Source: Fimbriosthenelais zetlandica
Taxonomy: Eukaryota
Length of the DNA stretch: 64,000 bases
Reading direction: 5' to 3'
NCBI GenBank assembly: GCA_977030845.1
Contig: OZ365110.1
Coordinates: 34,720,001-34,784,000, forward strand
Position 1 is the first letter of the stretch. Every line of letters begins with the position of its first letter. The notes under the pieces were generated by a model. That model did no database searches, was not told where the DNA came from, and saw only the letters and a program-made list of their open reading frames with translations. The translations under genes were made by a program, and so were the position numbers. This document shows positions 12,018 to 24,000 of this stretch, piece after piece.

Positions 12018-15000
12018 TTATAAACCACTCACGTCATTTCCAAATGGATTTGCACTTCCATTTTGTTGGTACAAATTGGGATTCATTTGTATGCCTGTTT
12101 GCTGGGCCACTGGCTGGCCCACTTGCTGGGGCATTGGTTGGCCCATTTGTGGGGGCATTGCCTGTCCCATTTTCTGGGGCACTGCATGACCCACTTGCTG
12201 GGGTATTGCCTGGCCCATTTGCTGGGGCATTGGCTGGCCCATTTGTGGGGGCATCGGTTGGCCAATATGTTGGGGCATTGGGTGGCCCATTTGCTGGGGC
12301 AATGCCTGACCCACTTGCTGGGGTATTGGTTGGCCCATTTGTGGGGGCATTGGTTGGCCCATTTGTGGGGGCGTCGGTTGTCCCATTTGCTGGGGCATTG
12401 GTTGGCCCATTTGCTGGGGCATTGGTTGGCCCATTTGTGGGAAAGCACCCTCAGGAGGTATCATGCCCTGTTGAAGAAAATCTCGCAAAATAAATGTCAT
12501 GCAAAGCTTGAAAGATTTTGTCAGAATTAGTTATTTTGGAAGTACGGTTCTTGACAGACTGTTAATGAAATTGACTTCAGATAAAGATTCTCTTAAGGTA
12601 AGGGATTTTGAACCTTATGCTTATGCATGACATCTGTAGGAACTTATATATTTTCATTTTGTTTGCATAGGAATTTTCATAATTTACCAAAACCTTATTG
12701 AATATCTATGTTTTTAACTTATAGGCAATACTGCTTATTTATTTTCACCCTGGAAGAATCGATTAGTTACCTTAATATTATTATTTAATCTTATTTTCTC
12801 ATGGTTCAGTTTTTACATGCTCTCATGTTTCTGGCATGAATACAAGCTCGATCTCACCTACAGGCTACTGACTTGGCCGGCTTATTAATATTTCTTATGC
12901 TTTGGATTGCAGTAAATCTTTCAGTTATAATGAGTTACTGGTATTAGTAAAAATGATTCTATTTTTTAACATTCAACATGCAGTTATTGTTCATACTTAT
13001 TGAAGATGTATTGTAAAAAAACTCAAGAGAGAGAATAATGCTTCCCACAAATGAAAAACAGGTTTAACAATATTTACGAGACGATTAAGTACATTAAGTC
13101 ATAGTGCGTAGACATTTTAAAAATTATTCACAATGGTATTTATTTCTTGAAAAGGCCTGTAAAAGCCATAGATACTTATTGAATTGTCTTGACTTATCAT
13201 TCATACACTTGCACACAAATCATACTACATGTATCTTAAAGTAATAATTATAGAATTGTTCAGATTTGGGACAGAAAATATATCAGTAGGTAATCGCAAA
13301 TAATCGCAGGATCACTCGAGAAATTAAGATTTAAATTTATATTACATTACATTATATAATATTGGTCACAATTGGGCCTAATCCTTATCCAAATCTGAAC
13401 ATTTCTTCTAGCATGGGAAACATGCCTTCTTAAAAAATCTCCTTAAGTTATTCAATTTTATAATACTAAGCTTTGGTTAATTTGACTGAAGCATATTCAT
13501 ACATGTGATCTATGTATCGTGCAAAAATACATTTCTCGGTCATTATAATCTATATTATGTTGCTGACATGTGATATTTTATAACATAGAGATTGTATATC
13601 AAAGGTTCAATTCAATCTTTATCTGGTTTTAACTGGACGTTATAATTAACCATATGACTATTAATCCAGCCTAGAAATCCATATTTTACAAAAATGATGA
13701 GAAATGAGGTCATGCTTTTTGCAGTGTTCGACATCCATGGCCCGACGAATGCTGAATGAAACTGAGCCGAAAAATAAATGGCCTATTGTATTTTTATTAT
13801 CTATGGTGTATTTCCCCAAGAAAAAAACTCTTTGGTGGTCTACAATAAATTGTCCGTCGGGCTATGGTGTTGGGATTTGGCATAGATTCCCAAATCCCAA
13901 TGTCGAACACTGTTATGGGATGCTGAAAAACCAACATAGAACCGACCTGGTGGAAACCTACCTGGTTCTGGGCAGCGAAGGGATTGCCCGGGAACTGCCT
14001 AGCAGGAACGGCCGGCGCAGGGGCTCCGTTCGATGGCTGTTGGGATAGGGAAGGCAAGACATTATCACTTGAAGTACTGAGAGCACTGCTCTCTTGCCCT
14101 CCCCTTGTCTCCCCATGTTCAGAATGACTGGACCCGTTCACTTTAGGACCTGGTTCAACCACAAAAGGGTCGCGGAATGGCGACATAGTTCGGGGAGAAT
14201 CACTGTGTTGTAATTGATTGGTAGTTGAAGGTACGGAGGGCCAGGAGGATTGTTCTGGTTTCTTACTGCCTAGTGCAAACTTGAAGGGATCTAGAGAAGC
14301 AAAGGGGTCCGAGTGTAAGCTAGCAGAGTCTGTTTTCGTGCTCTCTGAATCGGATACACCATTCACCGTAGAATCAAAAGGGTCTTGATCAGTCGTGGTT
14401 TTGGACACCTGGGCCTCTGCCAAATCACTAGCAGACGATAGGTTGGACTGGTTCTTAAAACTATCAGAGAGGTGGCCATCTTGCGAGGCTGAGCTATCGG
14501 CGCTAGATTTGGGTTTGGTCCCAGCGCTCCAGTCCACGACAAAGGGATCAGATGCTGATGCTGATATTACATCTGTTTTAGATTTGGGAGTGCCTTCACC
14601 TTTTCCTATGGGCACAGTGCTAAAAGGGTCATGGGTGCTGTCATGCTGTGATTCACTAGTTGATCTTTCAGAGGTTGTGCGACTCCGACTCATGTCACTG
14701 TGTGTGGAATCCAAGCTCTTTTTACGGGTCTGTCGTACAAGTGCCGGGGAAGATACAACTGGAGTTCCCTTACCACCAGAAGTAAAGAATGGATCATTGG
14801 CGAAAGGATCTTCTACAAAGGGATCGCTAAAGCTTCCCTTGAGAGATTCAGAGTCTTTAGAACCAATGGCTTTGGTTCTGAAAGCTACAGGTTGTTGGGT
14901 AAGATCATTATTGAAGGGATCATTCTCAGAGAAAGGATCAATGGGTGAATCGTCCACGAAGGGATCCACACCCTCAGGGAAGGGATCTGCTTTTGATTCT

Positions 15001-18000
15001 TGAGATGCCGTAGCAGAGCTACTGGAGTCTCTGTCTTCCTCTTTGGGTCTCTCAGGCTGCACAGTAATAGTCTCTGTAGCTAACACACTAAACACTGGTT
15101 CTGACTGATTGCTCCGTAGCATAGCCTTAACACTGTCCACTCTGCGTGCAGCTGTCTGTACATCAGTGCGGTCTGACTGTCGTAATGGCGTCTCTCGTGT
15201 GAAATTGTCTGTTGGGAATCGCTCTGAATGTCGCGTCTGTGTGTCGCGACTGAAGGGATCAGGAGACGGTTGACTGCTAACTGAGGAGAAACTCCTCATA
15301 GCTGGAGGAGTGGTTAGTGACGTGGGTGGGGATTTGGAGTTCTCAGGTACTTGGGAAAGTGTTGGGCTTTGCTGTGCCCCGCCGGGGGTGCGAGGGCGGG
15401 GTCTCGGCCGTGGGCGGGCCACCATGGAGGTACCAGTTGGAGAAGGACTGAACCCTGCTGTGGGACTAGCGGTAGGTGAGGGACGACCAAAACTTGAGCT
15501 GTCTGCCCATACTGTGGGGAAGCTATTATCTTGTTTGGATGAAAGCGGGGGAGACGGTTGGGAGGATGGGGTTATACTAGACTTCTGCCTTAACCTAGGG
15601 GACCCAGGAGGAGTGAATTGCGTGACAAACGGGTCCTTTTTGGAGAAAGCATGGAAAGGTGGAGGGGTGGATTTAGCATCAAATGGTGGAAAAGTGAACT
15701 GGTCTTGCTGTGGCATGACGGGTGGGGTGTGTGCCTGTCGGGCTGAGGTTGGTGGGGTTTTGCGGTAAGAGGGAAGCGTGGTCTGCCTTGAAAGTGTCAT
15801 GGTTGCTTGGGGGCTATGTGCTGGCATTGTATGTTGACGGGGGAGAGTTTGAGTTTGGAATGCATCATGTTTAGGTAGTGGGGGTGGTGTATGTTGTGGT
15901 GCTGGCATTGGTCTGTGCCTGGCTGGAGGGGTAAAGTGAGGTAAGGGCGGTGGGGTGTGGGTAGGGGGAGGCGTTTCAGGGAAGCTCAGGGGTTGGGATG
16001 TAGGACCTGAACTGGGTGGTCGGGGTGGAATAGCTGGGGGTGTTTCCTCAGCAAAATCAACAGTAGCCTGCCTGCTAAATATGCTCTCCTTCAATCCTTT
16101 CCTTGACATGGCACCGACGTCGATAGTGGTTTGACGGGCCATGGCTGGTCTCGATGAGAAGAGAGGACGAGGGGGAGGAGCTGGTGCTTCATCAGGCATA
16201 GCCACTGCTCCCTGGTTAGGTAACGGAGGGGGTGGCAGTTCAGGAGATGGCATGCTGAAGTCCTCAGGCGTGCTTACATTACTACTGGTGGCGCCATCTT
16301 TAATCAACTTATCACTACGTGTGGTGGGTGGGGTACTTGAGCTAGCACTTACATCCAAGGCGTGTGATTTACCTAAGCCAAATGCTGATGCAGGTTTCAA
16401 CTCTGAGGGATCAAAGGGGCCCTGTAATTGGGTCCTAGCAATTATGGCCGATGTATCAAAAGGATCGGGCTCTTTAGGATCATATGATGACACTGGCTGG
16501 TTGAAGGGGGCAGAACCAAATGGATCAGTCGCTGGACTGGTGCCAAATGGATCTGCAGTGGTTACTGAGGTTCTGGGTCTTCGTCGGGACTGACGGGGAC
16601 TTTCTGCTTTAGATATGACCGGACTGCCTACCTGTGGTGGAGCCATCTCGCTCAGACTTGGCTGCGGTGCCTTCTTGGGCTTGAAAAACTGGTCCCGATT
16701 GACGTACTTGTTGGCTGGCTGGAATTCGGCGAGTTTATCTAGGTCCTGGAAGGCAGCACCGGCAGACAATTCCTTCGCTCCTACACGGGGGCTCGATGGA
16801 GGATGTGGGGAGGCCTGGGAGGCTGGTACAGGCTGGAGAGTATCAAATAAACCCATCGACGGGGCAGTCTGGGTTGCATCTTGACCACTAGACTGCCCGA
16901 ACGCCGATGTGTTCTCCACACCAAAATCAGACTGAGCAGCCAAGTTAGCGAAGGCTGCATAGCGATCGCTAGCTTGGGACTGGGCAGGGTCTGACCCGAT
17001 GAAGAAGGGATCATCTTTGAATGGATCTTTCTGGACTGGCATCGCTCCGAAGCCTCCTGGCTGGGCTGTGGCTGGTGCTTGTGGCTGCTGGGTCGGCTGG
17101 GAAGCGCCATGCTGCGGAGACTGCTGGTCGATGGGTGGGAAGTTGGCAAATGACGCAACCTGTTGTTGCTGGGGTGGTTGCGGTTGCGGTTGCGGTTGTG
17201 GTTGCTGTTGCTGCTGTTGTTGGGCAGGGAAGGGGGATGGAGCGAACTGGCTCTGACCAAAAGCGTCCGTGTTGAACGGGTCGGGTTGGGTCTGTGGTGG
17301 GAAAGCTGACTGTTGTTGCTGCTGTTGCATCGGTTGCTTCTGCTGCTGCTGCAGTGTTCCATGGGTGGGTGGGGGAGCGATGATCGGTGCACCCTGCTGA
17401 GCTGCGAAGGGATCCTATAAATAAAAAAAAATTATAATTATTGTCTAAAATACTTACCATTTCACCATCAAATTGTTTGACAATTTTATTGTGATTGCCA
17501 TGATTAAAAATAAAGACAATGTACAGATAGTATGGTAGTTATTCATGTAAGAAAGCACTAGTTTAGAAACAGTTTTAAGGCAGAAAAGCAGAAGCTAAGC
17601 AATAAAATATGAGAAAAATATTTTATCTTTGTGAGTAAAACATATGGCTATCACAGAGTAGTTACATAAGCATTGTTTAGAAATTAAGTGTTTAGCACCC
17701 TTATTAGTCTAAATCCCCTGCATATATATAGGAGTTACTCTCCCTGTATATTCGGGGACTGTATATTAGGGGAAAAGTTTATACAGTGCTCCTCCCCTAT
17801 TGCGACCACCTGAACTGACCAAACGTGGTCTCTATTGGGAGGCCTGGCTAGGGAGGTGGTGGTCTGAGGGAGGTTACCATATTCTGGGTTGATGAAAACC
17901 ATAGATATATATAGTCTCTCCACTATATATCTATGATGAAAACTAAATTCCCCGAGTTTTCCCTCAGTAAGTTCTTAAATTCCAGGTGATATTTTAGTCA

Positions 18001-21000
18001 TAAGAAGCCCTCTGAACTCCTTCTGAGCCAGTGTTGAAATTCCCGGAGTTTTTCTCAAATTCCCTGAATTGTCCCTGTCTGGAAAAAATGAAAATCATTT
18101 TCCAGGTTTTCCCTGATTTCCAGTCATTGGGAACCCTGATACTGGGGAGGTTGCCATATTAGGGAGGTGGTCGTCTGAGGGAGGTTGCCATATTAGGGAG
18201 GTGGTCGGATAAGGGGCGGGGACACTGTATATAATATGATAGGGTGCAGAGAGAGGACGTACACGTTGTGCACCGGGTGATTCGTTTCCACCTGGTTGAT
18301 CAAAACTGACTGGAAACTGTGGAGCGGCGGCTGCGGAAGCGGCAGAACCAGCGGCAGCGGAGGAGAAGGCATCCACCTGCTCAAACGTCTGGAGAACAGA
18401 AAGACACCCAAAAACCGTGAGTCAGTAAAAGCTGCGGTTAGATCTAAATAATGTCAAGTCAAAAACAACCTTCAACCCAATATAAAACATTAAGCTTTTG
18501 CTATATTGTTTAAAGAGCGATATTGAAAATATAGGCAATATTGGAATCACAAGGTCCCATTTGCAATGCATTTATAACAGGAAATTAATGAAGTACTGCA
18601 TAATAAAAAGTTTGGGGGATGGATTCTCCATGGTAGGTCTAGATGGGCAGGAGCTACAAATGTAATGTACAACGTTGAACATCTTATAAGGAAGCAAGAA
18701 ATGTAGTATAGAACACCTTAACCAATACAAACAATGAAGGGATTCGATCTACTGAGAGATATTACCATAGCCACTGGTGGTGCAGCGATTGAGAAAATTT
18801 TTAAAAAATATATAAAAAAAATTGAGGAGAGACTAGAGGTGGCGAATGGATGGAACAGGGTCGGTCTTGGCTTGAATAACTGGGAGTTGTGATTCTCTGA
18901 TAGGGCAGCAGGTGCGATTTCTTTACAGATCATTTATATTGTTAGTATGAAGAATCATGAATTCACACTTTGACTAATGGCTGGAACAGACGGTGAACGC
19001 TTCCCGTTGCATGAGTTTTTTCCAAGTGCTTGGGACTAAAGCAGCAATAAGTGGTTGATGTAAGAATGAGTGGGAAAATTTGAAATTGTTATTTTCCATT
19101 GTGTAGGATTCAAGGAATTTTTGTCGATCACACGCAGGAAGTGCATTGACATTCCATGGGTTATATTTTATAAGAATACCACATTTGGAACATGAAGCGG
19201 AAGAGTTGGTACCTATCTTCTACCTTACTACTATAGGTCCCCTTTGTTTTATGAAGGGGGAGAATATTCTTACCCCTTCCAGGTTGAGAAGCTGATTCTC
19301 TAGGTCTAATATATTGGATGCTGACGCACTCTGTCCCATTTTTTTCGATCCATCTTTCGTTCCATCCTACACACAGGCCGAAAAAACAATAAAAACAGTC
19401 ACATGCAGACGTGCACGAAAAATGAACACAGTGAGAGAAATAGGTGGCAAAAATAAGGATTTTTAACAGACAAAAAAATCTTTTAGCTACAAATGATCAA
19501 AGAAATATAGTCTGACGAGTGTTTACAGAAAAAAGGACATGCATGACTATTATCAAAGAAAGGCTATTGCCAGAAAAAGGCTATTATCATCATAGAATGA
19601 TAATGAACAAAGTAATATAAGTAAAGTTAAGAGTTATATTTCAGGAGAACATAAGTATGTGCGATAGTCAAAGGAAGAATAAAACATATTTAGTTAATAA
19701 CTGGAACAACACGATCAGATATTTTCACGCATGCAAACTTAACACAGACACATGCAAGTCAATGCAACACAAACAAAAAATAGATCGTTCACGACTTAAG
19801 TTCATTCCCATCTTTCATCGACAAAGAAAAATTAACGGCAGAAGCGAAACCACCTCGACACGCTTTGGAAATGATTGTCCTTGGCAAAATTTTCAAAAAC
19901 CTGTTTCCATCCGAAGATTTTCTCAATATCGAAGCAGCAGCCCAGAAACTGCTCTTTCGGTATTTTAACTTTAATGCACCGTTTATGCTTCAGTTGCTAT
20001 AGAACACCTTAATTTTAACAGAAACCAAAAAAAGTGCAAGGCCACTGCGCTATGAAAGGCCAAAAGGAAAAAATAAGTCCTAAGTAAAGCCCCATTTCCA
20101 TTGGGCCTGATGTACTTCAGTCTTCAATTGCTTATGGACAGCCTGACGTACGTCAAGAAATCGACTCAGTGGACATGGGGCTTAACTAAGCAAGTCCCAC
20201 CCCCAAAAGACTCCTACATCTGTCAATACTGAAGTCTGGAACTCTGAAGCAGATAAAGTGTTCTACAAACTCTGTAAAATAAAGAGAAACTAGGAAACAA
20301 ATCAATGATCAACTGGAGAAATTGTAGGCCAATTTTCACTATCCGAGGAAGGTACGGCTACATAGTCAACCTGTAACCCACATACAAGTCGATGGTTCCG
20401 GTTCTCCAGGTATTTTGCCTTATAAAATTGCAAAGAATACACAATCGGGTACCACGCAGAAGATCAAAATTATGCCAAGATAATGCGACTTCCAAGAGCC
20501 GCAAGTCCCTCATGTGGATATCAAAATTGGTACATATTTGTAGGTGGACATGAAAATTAGAACTTGATTTAACTTTAATATGGATGACGTAGATATCAAA
20601 ATGGTAAATATCATTAAATGGATATTAAAATTGGTACATATTCTTAAATTGATATTAAAATTGATAAAATGGATATCAAAATTTGCAAACATTGTCTGAA
20701 GGGCGCGAAAAATCGGAACCATCGGATCGTAAGTAGACTACACGCATAGGCTATACGGCTAAAATAAGGGCACAATACGGAGGAAAATAAAGAAATGAAT
20801 GAGAATAAAAGTTGGGGATGAGTTTGGGGTATCATGCGAGCACCCACTGCAGCCTGGCCATACTCACACAAGCAGCATAGTTATTTAGTCTGTATCTTTG
20901 TCTGAGTCTTTGTCTGTAGTATATATGTCTGGGCACCTGAAAGCAGCAAATAGGCAAGTTAAGGGAGTCAGTAGGTGAGGTTCCATCACAGGGTTAGCAA

Positions 21001-24000
21001 GTGTTATCTGGGGGTTGGACTGCCGGGGAATGGTTCCAAAATGTTTAAAAAGTTCGAAAATCAGTGGGGTTGAACTAGGCTCACACCAAAAGCAATTGCC
21101 AAGAGGACCGACTGATCAGACGGGTAGAAATTTCAGAGGGAAAAAATAGGCTCGATCTTTTGTATTAAGCTCAAGAACTTGTCTTCTTGTTACAAAAGCA
21201 TATTTGCAAATCTGTTGGTGTTTCCAATCGGATCTTAGAAATTATAGTAGAAATTTGCCAAATCTGACGGCCGGTTAGCCTTTGTGTTGGCATGGTGTAA
21301 AGGCCCTTCACATACTTTTCTTGTCAGTTTTTTTAATTTTTAATTTCTATTTTCTTTTTTTTGTGGGGGTGGGGGGGGGGGGGGGGGCGGGGTTAAGTAA
21401 GTTTTGTTTGAGGGTATTATACACGCAGCATATCATCCAGTTAAAGCTGAAACAGAAGCTGCAGCCATAGAGTTAATGACAGCAGAGCAAGACACATAAA
21501 GCACCAAGAAACATCAGTGTATCATATTGTCAGTTTTTTTCACATCACATCATGGGTACACATTGTTCTGTAATGTCTACCATGAAATATAGATTCTTAC
21601 GTCAAGGGCGATTCCAAGAATATCCCAAAATGTGAAGCTGTCAAGGCAATGGTGTAAAGATAAAATTACTTGACCTGAGTGAAAGAGGGACTTGAAGAGC
21701 ATTATACTCACTTTTCAAAATCTTTTTTATTGTAAAGAAAAAAATCCCATTTTTGGGATGATCTTGGAATTGCTCTTAGTGTAAATGATGTCAATATGCA
21801 CTAGGTTATAATAGACATACATTGCCAAGATATGACTGAAGAAAGTTATATCATTGTCATTGTGAAAAACCTCATTTCCAGATATATGTTCCAACGACTA
21901 AACGTATAATGTAACCTTCTAAACCTTTGAAACATCCCTAAGGAAATACTCACAGGAATCAATGTAACAATTAATTCGTCTGTATTCTTGTAATTTCTAG
22001 AAGATTATTGATTAGATTTCAATACAGGATGAAGATATTTTTTGAGAAGTATCAAAAGACACACAAACAATATCCAGAATATATATAGAGAGTGATTGAA
22101 CCTCGATCTATGACAGACTACGAACAATCCACGACAGCTAAAAACATCCACGTGAATACGACCATCCATTCACTCTACAGTCCAGACCAAAATTTCAATT
22201 CGAAAACTCAAAAAAGAATATAGGAATTTGACCAAAAAATAAGTGTTTCGACACAAAAATCTCGAAGAAAATGGTGTTACACATAATTCAGAACATGGAA
22301 GAAGATCATCAATTCAAAGCAACCAAGATCATGAAGAGTGCAACATCAACGAATCAGAAGCGGAAAAGACTGGTTCGGAAAGTGAAGTTGATTGATTTTG
22401 TAACAGCGAATTTTTCCATTGATGTACAAAAATATTGAGGCCATCGAACATATCGAAGTTTTGATAATATTTCCTCAAAGACGGAAAATGTTAATGTACA
22501 GAGTCTCAACTAAACGCAAAGATGGCCTTTCTTGGAAAAAAAATTGTTTCATTTTTGTTTTTGATATGCCCAAAAACAGACTGACCACAAAAAGTCTGAG
22601 GTATTGAGTGGAGGACCGCAAAATGAAATAACTCACAACCTTTGCCCCAATTTCAATAGTAGATACATGTATTCTGGATGCAACGAAGCCAAAGAACCGA
22701 GTTACTCTTTTATCGCAAACTCGGAAAGTCACAATGATAGATCGGTGTCAGAACACCCAAGTTGACACCTAAACTTCACAAAATACCGAACAAAGAAAGA
22801 AAAGATAGAAGAAAACAATCCTTTAGTTTGTTGTGGTGAGGAATTAAAGGGCCCTAACACACCAAACCGATTTTGCATCCGATGGCAGTCCGATTCCAAT
22901 GTCAATAAAGATTTTTAAACGTACGATAAAGATTTAAATTGTTTACCTTTATATGGGTAGACCCTACTTATACAATCCCAAGGATTCGTTTTGAAAAGAA
23001 TGAAACATCCGATGCCATCGCATGGACCATCGGCTAAGTATATTTGGCCCTTAAAAAGGATGGACTGAGTGAGTTGTTTGATGCTATAGTTACGGATATA
23101 AACTCATGCTTTTTGCAGTTGTTGATGTTTTTTTGGGGGAAATGAGTGTTATATGTTACAAGATATCATGCTCTCTCACTCGCTCACACCCACCTGCGTC
23201 GGGCTGTTCAAATCGATAAGTGAGTCAAACAACATGGATTTGAATTTACCATCCTGAAAGATGAAAAGTCAGCTTGGTGTTGGTACAGCCTTTAATTGTT
23301 ATAAGGCAATGGGTGCATATATACGGTGGAGAATCGCTTATGCGACCATTCTTCCCAAGGCCAAGTTCTTTTATTGCGCATGTTTTTAATTTATTTTAAG
23401 TTTGGTTCATTCAGTGGTCGCATAGTGAGATAGTCACTATTGTGAGTATTTGCATGGATCCACTAGAGCTTTCTCCATTCCTTGCGTTTTTCTGTTATTG
23501 GCATTATTGGCGTTAAACATTTGGTTCGAATTTATGGTCGCACAATGAGATGGTCGCTTTACTAGGGTACTTGTTAAGCTATACTCCACTGTATACATGT
23601 ATATGTACATAGATCTAATGGGTCTTAAACACGATGGTCAGTCTGGGGACAAATGCACAAGTGACTCATATGCTTGTATTGATATACATGTACATGAGAT
23701 AGATATATACACATGTATGGACAGAAGCCAGTGGGAACATATACATATATGCATGTGTATGGGTATAACATATAATATATATATACGAGAGAACTGGTAT
23801 GGATACCAGACAGACGAAAAGGAATGAGAGGAAGTGAGTGAGGCATGTACAGTTAAGCCCATTTTTCCACTCTGCCAGTATATCAGCCAACCCATGAGCA
23901 TTGCAAAATCCTGCAAGCACTAACGAATTTTGCCAACAGAAACTGGCGAGAATTTATTTGAAATGCAATATGCTTTTCAGATACTGCAGATACTAAATTG

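Noticed and set aside
11983-12530. Several overlapping 120-155 aa ORFs in other frames and on the other strand
   Set aside because: An artefact of a stop-free 24-bp repeat. Only the PQQMGQPM frame has a matching acceptor, the right phase and a terminal NPF.
14395-17460. Long antisense and alternate-frame ORFs over the giant Dab exon
   Set aside because: Shadow ORFs of a GC-richer, Pro/Ser-rich coding exon, with no recognisable domains or independent splice signals.
18760-18775. 8-nt micro-exon candidate AG|TGGCTATG|GTAATA
   Set aside because: It has a good pyrimidine tract and UGC, but it frameshifts between two phase-0 exons and no compensating exon was found. It cannot be supported without RNA data.
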